From: Felis catus | Lineage: Eukaryota | Direction of reading: 5' to 3' | Assembly (NCBI RefSeq): GCF_018350175.1 | Contig: NC_058373.1 | Span: 105,650,001-105,714,000, forward strand | DNA length: 64,000 nt | Shown here: one piece after another, positions 25,446-38,439 of the stretch | Position numbering within the stretch: position 1 is the first letter of the stretch | Layout: every line of letters starts with the position of its first letter | The notes under the pieces: generated by a model | The model's input: only the letters and a program-made list of their open reading frames with translations | What the model was told of the DNA's origin: nothing | Database searches by the model: none | Program-made: the position numbers and the translations under genes

Positions 25446-26780
25446 ATGATATGGTTGAGTGTAAATCTGTTTCCTGTTTGTCCCCTCTTCCTTTTTCCCT
25501 TTATTCCTTCTTTCCTGCCTTATTATGAATTAATAAAATATTACTTATTATGGTATTCTATCTCTACTGGATTTTGAACTAAAACTTTGTGTATTCTTAT
25601 TTGTTTTAGTGGTTGCTCTAGGGATTACCATATTCACCTTTATTCCATTACCTCCCATCTCATCTTTCAGATATTGGTGTTGTACATTTTAGTGTCTATA
25701 TTTGTTACATTGTTACAAAGTCACATGGTTATTATTTTGCTTTACATAGTCAAGTATCTTTTAAAGAATTTAATTAAAAGTAGTCTTTATATTTAACCAC
25801 ATATTTAGTATCTTTGGTGGGTTATATTCCTTCCTATAAATCTGGTGTCATTTCTGTTCACCCTGGATAATTTCTTTGGTTCTTCTGGTTGTGAGTTTCC
25901 AAGGACTTTATTCTCTCAGCTTTCAGTTATCTGGATATGTCTTTATCTTGCCTTCATTTCTGAAGAATATTTCTATTACACATAGAATTCTATCCTGACC
26001 AATTTTTCTTTAAGCACTTGAAAGTTTTATTCTTTGGGTTTACATTGCTTTGAGTAAGTCAGTAGTCATTCTTAAAATGTATGTAATTTATCTCTTTTCC
26101 CCTCTGGCTGCTTTTATCTTCGGGCTTCAGCAGCTTGATTATGATGTGCCTTGTTTTGATTTTCTTTGCATTTACCTGTTTGAGGATCGCTAAGTTGATT
26201 ATGTCTGTTGATTGATGTTTTTAATTAAATATGGAACATTTTTGACCAATACTTATTCAAACATTTTTATCTACCCTATTCACTCTTTCCTCTCCTTCTG
26301 AAGCTCTACGTACATTTGTTGCTTAGATAGCTGGATACTGGCCCTGAAGTCATTGAGCCCCTATTCATTTCTTAAAACTTTATGATCTTCGTGTTTTAGT
26401 TTGGATAAATTCTATTGATTTGCCTCCTAGTTTATTGATCCTTTCTTGTTGATGGTCCAATATGTTTTAATCCCATCAAATGATTATTTTAGTCGGCTTT
26501 AGAGAGATGTAGTTAACATACAATAAACTTTACCAATTTTAGAATTTACCAAGTCTATGGTGGCGACAAATATATTTAGACATATAATGAGGATATGGAA
26601 CATTTCTACCACTCCAACATGTTCTCTCTTACCCGTTTGCAGTCAATTTCCTCCTACCACTCCTAGCTCCTGGTAACTACTGACCAGTTTATGTTACTAT
26701 AATTTTGGCTTAAAAGAAAAAAAAAACAAACATGTAAATGGAACTAAGCAGAAAATAGTCTTTTGTGTTTGACATCTTTA

Positions 26781-26826
26781 TTTATTTATTTTTTATTTTT
26801 TTATTTTTTTATTTTTATTGTGTGTG

Positions 26827-26857
<31 letters not shown>
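26781..26857 (-). repeat. T-rich plus (TG)n insert flanked by a 20-bp direct repeat
   Basis: TTTTGTGTTTGACATCTTTA at 26761-26780 and 26858-26877. Confidence 0.9.
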
Positions 26858-26861
<4 letters not shown>

Positions 26862-27124
26862 GTGTTTGACATCTTTAACTCAGTATATGCTTTTGGTATT
26901 CATCTATGTTCTGGCATGTGTCAGTGGTTATAACTGAGTAATATGTGTATGAACCTGCCAGTTTTTCTCTTCACCAGTTGATGGATATTTAGTTTCTAGT
27001 TTGGTCCCTATTATTTCCTCAGGTTAGAGTATAGATATCTCTGTCAGTTTTGTTTTGTTTTAAATTTGAGCCATTCTTGTGGGTATGGAGTAGTATTTGT
27101 GATTTTAACTTGCATTTCTTTGGA

Positions 27125-27318
27125 TTTTAATGTTTATTTATATTTGAGAGAGAGGGGGAGGGGGGAATGGCAGAGAGAGAGGGAGACAGAGAATCTGAAG
27201 CAGGCTCCAGGCTCTGAGCTGTCAGCACAGGGCCTGAAGTGGGGCTCGAACTCATGAACCATGAGATCATGACCTGAGCTGAAGTCGGATGCTTAACTGA
27301 CTGAGCCACCGAGGCACC
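27125..27318 (-). mobile_element. Can-SINE
   Basis: GCAGGCTCCAGGCTCTGAGCTGTCAGCACAG...CTGAGCCACC. Confidence 0.93.
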
Positions 27319-28409
27319 GGTATTTCAAGTTAATTTTTGCAAATCATGTGGAGTAAGCCTCAGGTTTATTTTTCCAGTAGGGATATTAATTGTACCAGTC
27401 AGTTCTGAAGACGACTGTCCTTACCCTATTGCATTATTTTGACCCCTGGGTAAAAGTCAGAATGTCTCATTTTCCCTTTCACTCTTTCATGTCTCCCTGC
27501 TTCCTTTCTTTCTCTCAACCCTCATTTCTCTCCATCCATCCATCCCCTCATCCATCCATCTTCCTGACTGTCTCCTCTCTTGGTTAGAAGAACTTTAAGT
27601 CTTTATATCACAATGCTCAACTCTCATAGGTAGAAAACCCTTGACTTTGTTATATTTCTGTAACCAGTAGGGGGAATGTAACTTGCAACTTCTAATTTCT
27701 ATCACATGTTTTGAAAAGTCCAGAGAATTTTATCAGGTGGTATCTTAAGTCCCAAACCAATAGTTTCCCCCATAAAATTCATCAAGCAACATTTTTTTAT
27801 TAAAAATGACAGTATCAGGCCGTGACTTAAAAGGCAAATAGAACGAAGCCAGGGCTATTTTTTAATTTAATGCAAAATAACGCCAGTTGAATTTAGAGTT
27901 ATGGCGTGATCTGAGATGGGAAAGTCCACACAAAAGCCATCTAGTTTTAGAGTTACTTTTTGAAAAAGTACTCCTGAAACAGTTTGAAAAATTGCTGTGA
28001 AAATCGTTTTGACAATTTGAAGAGCCATCATTGGGAGAAAAAAAAAAAAAGCATTGCTATATTTCACTCGCATTCAGTTTTTTATGGTGCTTTACTGCCC
28101 TTAATTACAGTATTAGACACTTTCAACTTTAAATATCGAAAAGGGGAGGAGGAAAGGAGCCATCTGGAGTTTGTTTCTGTTAGAAGCAAAATCTCTAGTT
28201 GTGCTTTTGCTAAATCTTTATTGCTCATTCAACGTTTTTCTGTTTCCTTTTATTTTCAGAGACACTTACAGTTTGACAAACACGTTCATACCCATAATCT
28301 CATTTGGTCCTCATTAATTTATTCACTTGACAAATATTTATTGAGTGTCCTTACAGTGTTGGGAACCAACAATGATGAAGGAGATGGTTTTAAATTTTGT
28401 CTATTTGCT

Positions 28410-28832
28410 CATGTGGCCCAAATTTATATCTCCAGTCTTTATAGCTTCCTTTAAGCTAACTGATTCAACATTTCTACCTGGATTTCTAATACGTATCTCA
28501 AAATTAACTAATATGTCAAACCTTGGAAACGCTCTTGATTCTGCTCTCTCCCTACTCCCTGCTTGCCCCTATACATTGAGTCTGTCAGGAAATTCTGTTG
28601 CCTCTACCTCTAAAATGTGTCTGGAATTGAAGCCCATCCCACGACTGCTGTGGCTGCCACCATTCAAAACACTTTTATTTCTGGGGCACCTGGGTGGCTC
28701 AGTTGGTTGAGTGTTGGACTCTTGATTTCAGCTCAGGTGGTGATCCCAGGGTCGTGGGATTGAGCCCCATATCAGGTTCTGCACTGAGTGTGGAGCCTGC
28801 TTGGGATTCTCTCTCCCTCTGCCCCTCCCCTG

Positions 28833-28896
<64 letters not shown>

Positions 28897-29290
28897 ACAC
28901 CTTTATTTCTTATCTGGATCATTGCTATAAATAACTTCCACAGTCACATTGCTTCCATTAAGCCCTTCTTAAATCTCTCCTCCACACAGCCATCACAGTG
29001 AGCCAAAGAAAACAGAAGTTACTCCTTCACCCCAAACTAGCCCATCTTCCTATCGCGCTCAGTATAGAATCACAAGCCATGACCATAAATCACGCGCACC
29101 TCCAGGAGCTGGGCTCCTTTTCCATCTCCTCCCCTCAGGCCCCTCACTCACTCTTCTCCAGCCGCCCTGCCCTTGCTGTTTCTGGAAAAACCACATGAGG
29201 CCCTCGCCCTTCATGCTCCTACTTCCTGGAATACACGAGCTCCAAGTTTCAGCACATCTCGTTCTTCCCTTTCTTCAGGCCTCTCTTAAA
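28410..29290 (+). mobile_element. L2 fragment interrupted by a SINE
   Basis: CCAAATTTATATCTCCAG...TCTACCTGGATTTCTAAT L2 motifs. Confidence 0.7.
28683..28894 (+). mobile_element. Can-SINE with (CT)n and (CAA)n tail
   Basis: TSD AAACAC(T/C)TTTATTTCT at 28667 and 28895. Confidence 0.95.
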
Positions 29291-31669
29291 ATGTTATCTC
29301 CTCGGGGGAGACAGGCAACAAATACATTTGAAAGCAGAGTTGGAGGAACGGAATTGGGACTGGATGATGTGACAGGAAGCGGCCAGGTGGTTGGAAGAAG
29401 ATACCTCGGACAGGATATCTCTCTGAGGAGGTGACGTTTAAACCAGGACCTGAATAACAGTAAGAAGCCAGCCTTGAAGCAGCATCATTATTTCTTCACT
29501 TTATGAATCAGGAAACCAAGGCTGAGAGACTGTGTGCGTTTTTGCCTCAGTTGAATACTCGAAGTGAGTTTATAATCCCGAACTCTGACCACAATTTGTC
29601 GTCCTTCCTGTGAAATTTCAAAGCCTTTCCCAACCAAAGCGGCTAAAATGTAACACAAACGAAGAACAACAAGAACATGCAACCCATGTCTCTGCTTAAC
29701 TTGAGGGCGAGAATCCCCACCCAGGCCAGCCAGATTGGCAGCCGGCCACATGGAGACAGTTGGAAAACATATTTATTTATTTTTTTCCGTTTCCTTTTAT
29801 ATTCAATCTTTGCATTTCAGGCTAGGGAGCATGCAGCTCAGCCCTAAAAGAAAAAGAAAGTCCCTGATTGTTCTCACTCAGACAGCCACTTCTTAAAAGT
29901 CATTTCGCTCAATTCCACAAACCAGTCCCAGAGGAGTGATCTCCTTTGGCTGCACAGTACTGAGCTTGTCTTCATGTCTCTGGAATGCTCCAGGATTTCT
30001 TTTTTAAATGGTCACGTCATGTTGGTTGTTTTCAGGTCCTCAGAGCTCTCTCAGGCTTTTTCTCAAACACAGACACACGGTGCAAGGCCAAGTCCTCCGG
30101 TTTTAGCCCTGCTTCCTGTAGCAGATGGTAATCCTGCGTCTGAGACACTGAGGCTCCCTTTTGCTTTGCTAATAGCCCATGAGCCTTTGGGAAAACTTGA
30201 TTGATAACATCTTTGGAAAAAAGTAAAAGAAAAACCTACTGGGATGACCTGTTCTGGTAATGGCTTGAGACCTAGCTTGGAACGTACCCAGCAGCGAAAA
30301 CTTTGAAGGGCAGAAGCAAAAATTCAAACATTTTCAGACCCCAGTGCTTAGTAATTTGCCACCTCACTGTCCTGTGTTTTCTTTCCCTAGTGTTCATTTT
30401 TTATATACGTGACTTGACTAATTTCTAGGCTCGTTTCCAATGACGTAATGTAGAAAAGGAGTGGGGAGAGAATAAAGCAAAGAATGCACAATTCCTACAG
30501 TGAGAAATGAGTTTCACGATGAACTTAGGGAAAGGGCATTCTTCTCTTTCTCTTTTTTATTCTGTATTTTGGGTGGGGGAGAGGTTCAAAGAAGAAGAAA
30601 GATTGTCGGTTGATGCTAATAAGATTAGCTTAAGGTATTATTTAAAAAGAAAAGGGATTATTGAGGGGTCTGCCTGTGAGGAACAGAGACGAACATGTTA
30701 GCATCAGAAGAATAGGAAATGGTTAAGGAGGAAGCCCAACTAAGGGCACCTCTACGCACAAAAGCAAGAGAGGAGTGGTGAGCAGACACTCAACATTTCA
30801 GGGTCTCTGATGCTGGTGAGAAAGAAAATTGACAGGGGAGCTGAAGTCACACAGATTGAGCACATAGAAATTGGGGGCGGGGGGATGGACCACTACCTGA
30901 AACATCAGAGCAAGAATAGGAAACTCCGATTGGCTTTTCTGATGGGGCTGGGAGGCTGCAGGTGGGCCTTTTGGCATGCTGGAAATAATGGCGCTCTGTA
31001 CGCTTGATGGAAATAATTTAGCGAAAGCACATGATTGCTACACGCAATTAGAACTTGGAATAAAACATGATTGCTGTTTTCATGTTTGCATATGTAGGAT
31101 TATATTATAATTAAATGGAATAGTAACAAGAGGTGTGTGTAAATTATCTTCCTGGCTTGTGTGAAAAGAAGCACGAGTGGACCTAGAGCAGTGGGGAAAG
31201 CTCTGTCTACAGACTATTTGTTCCAGGAAATCCTACCACCTTGCTAGGAAGCTAAAGCTATTAGGGAGTTGGCCTCAAGTAAGACAACTGCCGGGATCCT
31301 GGCTTTGAATCATCAAAGGACCAAACTTTCACAGTTTAGGGAGAAGCATGAGCTCCTATGACTAGGTTGAGAGAATTTTTAGCAGGAGATTATCCTGTCT
31401 GTGTCAGACTGTGCCTTGTCTAAAGCAGTGTTCCCCATGAGAGGTCTGTTCCTATTGGCATATAGATTTGATCAAGGAGACACTTCTCACCTACATCCCT
31501 ACCAGCTAATGATGTCCTACAACTGGCATTTCTTCTCTTGCTGTCTCTATCTCTTTGCTTAAAGCTAAAGATTAATTGGCTGACTCTTCTTCATTAAATG
31601 TTAACCCTTCATTATTAACCTAAGTAATTTGGGTCTCAGGCTGTGAGAATGAGAATGCGACATCCAGAA

Positions 31670-32190
31670 TAGATAGATTTGTAATTAACAATTGGTGCAT
31701 GGTGATAGATCCCAGATAAGGGACCAAGGAGGAAGAACATGGTTTGGGGAGCTGACATGTTGAGTTAGAGGTACCAACAGAACATCCAACTTGCACTGTT
31801 CAGAAGATGGTTGTAGGCACATTCCTAGAGCTCAAGATGTGAATGGATTAGGGATAGACATTTAGGAATCATCAGACATGTGGGTGATGAAACCAAGCCA
31901 TAGGAGTGAATGAAATAACAACAGAGGATGAATGGAGACAGTGAGAAGCTGGTCAAGGGTGGGTCAGGGTGGAATACCAATTTTAAAGGTGAGTAGAGGC
32001 AGGCAGTCTCAGAAAGAGAAGAAGAAACCGGAGATGTAGTAGGAAAAGCAAGAGAGGCTGGTGTCAGGAAAGCTATGAGAGAAGTTTTGACATATAGAGC
32101 GAGTGACAGTGTCAGTGCTACAAATACGTCAACATAGTAAGGCTGAAAACACTGAAATTCAAATGCATGAGATTTCAAAGTGGTAAGTGG
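31670..32190 (-). mobile_element. L2 fragment
   Basis: GACATGTTGAGTTAGAGGTACC...ACATCCAA...TTTAGGAATCATCAG. Confidence 0.7.
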
Positions 32191-32805
32191 GAACACAGTG
32201 CAGGTCCAATAGGTATGTGTCTAATCTTTTAAAATGACTCAACCCAGTGTGATTCTTTCCAACAAAATGAAATTGGGCCAGGCTGTTTATTTACTTTTCA
32301 CCCACCATCTCCTGTGACTCTCTGTTTGGCTAGAGCCTGCTGTTTTTCTGTTGGGGTCCCTGGTCATGGATCCCAGCTCCCCCTGGGAGTACCAGTAACA
32401 CCCCTTCCATGTAGTCTAGGAAGGACCTTTCTGGACCGTTCTGGTTTCCACCTCCTTGGACAGGGAGAAAATGGGTTCGTCAACTGGCAGAGGGGTTGGG
32501 CAGCATGTTCAGTGGGGCTAGAGGAGCCTGTGGGGACTGACCAACGGTGTGGCAAGAGCAGGTTTCCAAGAGAATACAGGGTCAGATCCTTCATCCTGAA
32601 AGGCAGAAGGACACATGTGGGATAGGAAGGGAGAAATGTGCCCAATGTGCCGCTACCATATGTTGTTGGCCTGGTCAGGGACACTCACCGATCTCCTTGT
32701 CCTCTTCCTAGAGTGGGTTCGGAGTGGAGGAGTAAATTCTGAGCAGCAGATCCAAAAACAGCAGATGGAATATGGCTATCAAATAACATATTAAAAATTG
32801 CTTCA

Positions 32806-32961
32806 GGGGCATCTGGGTGGCTCAGTCGGTTAAGTGTCTGACTCTTGATCTCAGCTCAGGTCTTGGTCTCATGGTTGTGAATTCAAGCCTCACATTGGGC
32901 TCCATGCTGGGCGTGGGGCCTACTTAAAAAAAAGAAAAGAAAAGGAAAGAAAAGAAAAGAA
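32806..32961 (+). mobile_element. Short-form Can-SINE (no CT tract) with (GAAAA)n tail
   Basis: Head followed directly by GCCTACTTAAAAA; TSD AAAAATTGCTTCA / AAGAATTGCCTCA. Confidence 0.9.
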
Positions 32962-33119
32962 AAGAATTGCCTCAGAATTTATACATCTGCCTGAACATTA
33001 TTCCCAGCTCTAGTCATCTCCTCCCCTTATAAGGGGGATGCTTGTTCCAGAGATAAACTTATTACTCTGAATGCCTTTGGTGCTCTTCATCTCCTTTAAA
33101 GGTCCCCTTTATCTCCTTC

Positions 33120-33862
33120 TATATTAATTTTCTTTTGCTGCAAAACATAATGCCATGAACTTACTGGCTTAAAAGCAACACCCATTGATTAGCTCACTAT
33201 TTTGTAAGTCAGAAGTCCTTGTGGGGTTTGGCTGTGTTCTTATCTGGAGGCTTAGGGAAAGCATCAGCTCCCAAACTCATTCAGGCTGTTTAAGAATCCT
33301 GTTTAGGGTGGTGAGGTGGCTCAGTGGGTTGAGCCTCCAACTTGGGCTGCGGTCATGATTCCACGGTTCGTGGGTTCCAGCCCTGTGTCAGGCTCTGTGC
33401 TGACAGCTCAGAGCCTTAGAGCCTGCTTCAGATTCTGGGTCTCCCTCTCTCTGCCCCTTCCCCAGTTTCTCTCTCTCCAAAAAAAAAAAAAAAAAAAAAA
33501 AGAATCGCGTTCAGTGCTGGCTGCCAGCTGGGGACCAATTCTCAAATTCTAGAGGCCGTGCTCATTTCTCATCACGTGGTCCCTCCATCTTCATGAGCAA
33601 TAGTGTGTCCAGTCATTCTTAGGTGGGAATTTCTCTGACTTCTTCTGTCACCAACCAGAGAAAATGCTCTGCTTTTAAGGGATCATGTAATTAGACCTCG
33701 CTCACCTAAGTGACCTCTCTTTTAAGGTCAAACCTTAATTACATCTTCAAAATCCCTTTTGCCATGCAATGTGACGTTTGATGTCCCATCATATCCACAG
33801 AGAAGGGTCTTATACAAAAGTGAGAGTCTTTAGGGGTCATTCTTAGAATTCTGCCTACCACA
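33120..33862 (-). mobile_element. MaLR LTR (MLT1D/E-like) interrupted by a SINE
   Basis: TGGCTTAAAAGCAACA...TTAATTACATCTTCAAAATCCCTTTTGCCATG...CTGCCTACCACA. Confidence 0.8.
33306..33499 (+). mobile_element. Can-SINE with pure poly(A) tail
   Basis: SINE body; TSD-like AAGAATCCTGTTTA / AAGAATCGCGTTCA. Confidence 0.9.
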
Positions 33863-35013
33863 CTTTCACAGCCAGTGTTCTTTTTATAGGCCACCAGGAG
33901 TGAATCAACTCTTCTGGACGTGCACAAAAGTCATTTTGTGATTTGAATACAAAGAAATAGGTGCATTTTGTTTGCATGACCCATAAACAAGATCTGAAAC
34001 TAATTTCAACGTGGAAGTTTTCTTATTTCATGTTTGATTAGGCTACCGAAAAGGGAATGCTTTTTACGGGAACTGATGTGTTGGAAGAAAAAAAAAAAAG
34101 AAAGAAATATTTGAATGGAAGCACAGTGCATAAGTACGTGAAGCCCAAAATTCTCTTCTCAGTTTTAGATGAACTGGTCTCCTGGGTCCCACATGTATTC
34201 ACTAGCAATGGAATTTGTGTCTTAATTTCCCTTCCCCTCCCACCTGCAAGTGACACTGGGCCAGAGGAGTAAAATTCTTGTCCAGCTCAGCAGTTCTAAA
34301 GGGGAGCAAAGCCTCCTGGGCACTATTTGGAGAGACAGCAAGAGGCAGGCTTTTGCATTTCTGCGGCGTTTAGACAGACCGTGCCTCTATTACAGGTGGG
34401 TGGTCTAAATGATCTGTAGCCAGTTTAACTCCTTGGGGTCTTGGGTCCTGGAATATGACTAATATTTTTAAATCAACTCAGTTCTGGATGGTTTTCTGGA
34501 GACAAACCATTTAGAAATCAGAAGTGATTTTATGAAAACAAGGAGAAGCAGTTCCCCAAGGGGAACTTAGCTTCCTTACCTCGGACTTCCTTTCTCTGCC
34601 TTTCTTTAACCAAAAAAGTAAATACATAAACACATGAATACACAAATAAGCAAACAAACAAATAAATGCCTACTCGTTTTAACTAGTATGTAAGCAACCG
34701 AGCTCTCTCGAGCTTTGTAATGTGCTGTAGTGAGAGGGAGGGAAGGCTTCCACCTACCAAACCTACGGGATTCAGTAATGAAGACAAATTAGGAAAACAA
34801 CCCTGGACTTCAGGATCAGTGTTACATAAACATGTCAAATTCTATGCTAAAAAAGAAGAAGCAGAATATATCTGTCAGAGGTGAAAGCCATCTCAAAGAA
34901 TGAGGTGATACAACCCCACATTGATTTTTAAATTTGTAAGGCTAGGATTTGTAAGACACGTGTTAGGTGGCAGAAAGGAAGAAATAACACCGGATTAAAA
35001 TGAATGCTCCTTC

Positions 35014-35090
35014 CCTTTTGGGATGAGCACTGGGTGTTGTATGGAAACCAATTTGACAATAAATTTCATATATTGAAAAAAAAATTAAAA
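35014..35090 (+). mobile_element. Extremely 5'-truncated young felid L1 (3' terminus only) with 17-bp TSD
   Basis: GGATGAGCACTGGGTGTTGTATGGAAACCAATTTGACAATAAATTTCATA plus poly(A); AAAATGAATGCTCCTTC at 34997 and 35091. Confidence 0.9.
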
Positions 35091-35154
35091 AAAATGAATG
35101 CTCCTTCAAGAGACTAGCTGGGTGTAATAATGGGAATACTTTTATAAAATCTGT

Positions 35155-35203
35155 ATATATAATATATATATTATACACACACACACACACACACACACAC
35201 ATA
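35155..35203. repeat. (TA)n(CA)n microsatellite
   Basis: Directly visible. Confidence 0.95.
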
Positions 35204-35287
35204 TTCATTTTTCAGATTGTTCATTATTTGTGTCTGCCTGACGTTCCCTCACTACCATCATGCACTTTATGTAACCTGGCATTTTCT

Positions 35288-35510
35288 TTTTTAAAAAATT
35301 TTTTTTTCAACGTTTATTTATTTTAGGGACAGAGAGAGACAGAGCATGAACGGGGGAGGGGCAGAGAGAGAGGGAGACACAGAATCAGAAACAGGCTCCA
35401 GGCTCCGAGCCATCAGCCCAGAGCCTGACGCGGGGCTCGAACTCACGGACCGCGAGATCATGACCTGGCTGAAGTCGGACGCTTAACCGACTGCGCCACC
35501 CAGGCGCCCC
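35288..35510 (-). mobile_element. Young felid Can-SINE (SINEC_Fc type) with 16-bp TSD
   Basis: TAACCTGGCATTTTCT at 35272 and 35511. Confidence 0.97.
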
Positions 35511-35889
35511 TAACCTGGCATTTTCTATTTTAATTTTATCAGTGTGCTGGCCTTAAAATATTTTGTCCAAACCTATATGGAAACAAATGATTAAATTAAA
35601 TATTTGATGAAATTAATTAAATATTAAACTTACTAAACTCTTCCTCTTGCCATCTCTTTCTTTTCCTTTTCTTTTCTTTTTTTTTTCCTGGCCCAGGATA
35701 AATATTTCCAAGTTTAAGATATCATCCTCTCAGTAACGGAACTTCAAGCAAAACCCGGTAGGTGGAGAATTTGATCTTTGATCATGTGTCTTTGAAACAT
35801 GAGTGTTAGTTTATAATGTGTATTTAAAAATGACTCCAGAATCTTTTGTGACCTGAAGGTTTAGCTATCAACAAGAGTGAGGAGGGAAG

Positions 35890-36100
35890 ATAGTATAATG
35901 TAAAGATTGAGAATATGGGCTTCTAAGTCAGCCAGACCCATTTACAAATTCTGGTCCTGCCTCTTCATATCCATGTGTCCTTGAACAAATTACTTAACCA
36001 TTTTGAGCCTGTTTCCTCAACTAAAAATTGGGTATAATAATAAATTCTAAATATGATAATATGTAAAACTAAAGCAAACACTCAAGTATTAGCTATTATT
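35890..36100 (+). mobile_element. MIR
   Basis: CCTTGAACAAATTACTTAACCATTTTGAGCCTGTTTCCTCA. Confidence 0.75.
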
Positions 36101-36497
36101 ATTTTTCCCACTCTGAGGACTTCAAGCACAATTACTTTAAAGTTAGGCTTTGAAAACTTCGTGATTTACCAAAAAAAAATCCCAGAAGAACTGGATCATT
36201 ATGATCTGGTAGATGAAGCCTCTTCTCTGTGAACCCCATTAACTTCAACCCTGAACTTGAACCTTTGCCTCAAGGGTCTAGAAAGAATTTCATCCTTTGT
36301 TGCTCTTCTAAATATTCCTTTCACCCACTCCCTTTTTTTTCCCTTTAACCACCCACCAGTTCGTCAACATAACATTGACAGTCTTCTCTGTTTGTCTTGG
36401 CTGATTGATTTTCCTGAGTGCCATTAGAGGCATTAGCCTTCACCTGTCTTTGCTGGGTTATTTGGTTTGTAATGGCCTGGAATGCTCTTACACTTAC

Positions 36498-36581
36498 CCT
36501 TTTGGAAGAGGTTAAGTTAGAACTCAGGCCTTGCCCATAAAGGATCCCGCTAGTTACAACGTCTTGCCTTGATATACAACC
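36498..36581 (-). other. Candidate 84-nt spliced exon on the minus strand
   Basis: ttttgtcacttcctatttgctag| acceptor and AGG|gtaagt donor; one open frame. Confidence 0.3.
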
Positions 36582-36802
36582 CTAGCAAATAGGAAGTGAC
36601 AAAATGGCACTAAATTCCTTTCTGTATGGGCATAAAAATTCGTTGTCTCAATTCAGGAAGCTGAACGAAGAAGGACAACATTTTGTGTTTTTATAGGTAT
36701 AACATGTGTAGGTTATTATGTAGAAGGCTGGGAAAACAGAGCACAGATTTTTTGGTGGCATGTTTCTTTTTAGATAAAAGTGCGTTCTTGGATATCCTAG
36801 AA

Positions 36803-37012
36803 CAGGGGTTGGCAAACCATGATCCACGGGCCAAAATGGCTCTCTTTGTGTTTTGATGTTAATTGAACACAGGCTGGTTCATTTACATACTATCTATGAC
36901 CGCTTTTATGCTACAACAGCGAAAGTTAGTAGTTAAAACAGAGTCCGTGTGGTCCACAAAGCTTAAGATATTTGTTCTCTGGCCCCTTATAGAAGAAGCG
37001 TGCCAACTCGTG
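36803..37012. mobile_element. hAT-Charlie MITE (MER58A-like)
   Basis: CAGGGGTTGGCAAAC...TGCCAACTCGTG terminal inverted repeats and TATTTGTTCTCTGGCCCCTTATAGAA. Confidence 0.8.
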
Positions 37013-38439
37013 TGTTTAAAGTAGAGCGAAGCTTCTGCAAAGTCTCTGTGGGCTTGCCTGGTGTGTTTTACCTAGCTGGTAAGGATACAGAAGCCATAAT
37101 ACAATTTCCTGGGACAGTCCTGGCCAGGGTCATTTCTCTGTTGCCCTCATAATGTATACATGAGGGAATTTATACTGATTTGATAGTGTATTTTGTTCTT
37201 TGGTTTAACAAATATATCCCCCACGGGTATGGATGCCAGGGTTCTCTAGGAACACAGAAGAACAGACAGAGGCTACAGTTATCACTGTGTTGAATCAATA
37301 TGACCATCATCAGTCCTGAGGACTTCTAGGTATTTTTAAAATACCCGCATCCTGCAATTTAGCTCCTCATGTTGGAACATATATGAGAATTTTCGTGTTT
37401 TTTGGCCACAGAGAAAGCAAGAGAATTTACATCAGTGACTAGTTCCCCAGCCTCCCTCTTTGCCGATGCCTAAGGCTGTAAAAACACGTTTACCAGAAGT
37501 CTTCTTCACACAAACAAGATTCTTGACATGAATAGGACCTAAAACGTTATTATCTTATACAGGATAACCTGATAAGAGAGCACTTTGAGAGAGTATATTT
37601 ATTCCCTAGCATTTTTTAGTGATTGTGGGATTTATGGTGACAGGTAAAGGAAAGTCTGTTAAAACTAAACCAGACAGCCCAAGAAGAGAAACAGAGATAA
37701 TGGAAGAGTATTATGAAAGGAAAGATAATGTCTCCAAAAAAATTTTTATTTTCCATGGCTTCTCATTCATGAACACACAAACAATTTAAATATGGCATGG
37801 AATAGATGAGGCAGAAAAGAAATCTTGAGTCTGTGAAAGCAACCTGGAAATGTGTGAAGATGATGTATTGCCTGGAAATTAATCTTTGACTACACAGCTA
37901 AGTGCACAGTTATTTCAGGCATAAAATTCCTGCCTTACTAATTGATTAGTTTTCTTATATTAAATGTCCCACCTACTCCAAAGAATTCCCCCTGCTGCCA
38001 TCAGGAGAACAAATTGGAACTATTTTATGAACTTGCAAGCTACAAGAGTAGAAAGTTCTACAACTTTGAAAAAAACAACAGCTTGATAAAGGGAGTTGGT
38101 TTGAGTATATGATTTTAGATTGTGACTCTTATCCCATCTGGGAAAACGTGGGACTTAGGGAAGCAGTGCAACCAGTTCTGAGGCAAGAATACAAGAATTT
38201 GTGTTTTATACACCAAGAGAACCAAAAGCCAGCAACGTCATCCAGCTGGGTAAAGGGAGAAAGAATCCAGATAGAGGACCACTGCAGGGCAAAAGTGGAG
38301 ACGAGCCATGAGCAGAAATGCAAAGCGACAGATGGGATTTGGTAGAGATGCGTTTGGGGCAGATGAAGGTTGGGAACTGTACTACTGGCACTTCTATAAA
38401 GTATCTGTAGCCACAGCTGGGGGTAACTTGGAATTGTTC

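Larger units (their letters stand above)
25020..27450 (-). mobile_element. Old L1M fragments with SINE and microsatellite insertions
   Basis: T-rich L1 antisense text, e.g. TTATCTTGCCTTCATTTCTGAAGAATAT, CAGCTTGATTATGATGTGCC, CCAGTTGATGGATATTTAG. Confidence 0.75.

Noticed and set aside
28694..29001. PolyQ, polyN, polyC and polyL ORFs
   Set aside because: They come from the (CAA)n tail of a SINE.
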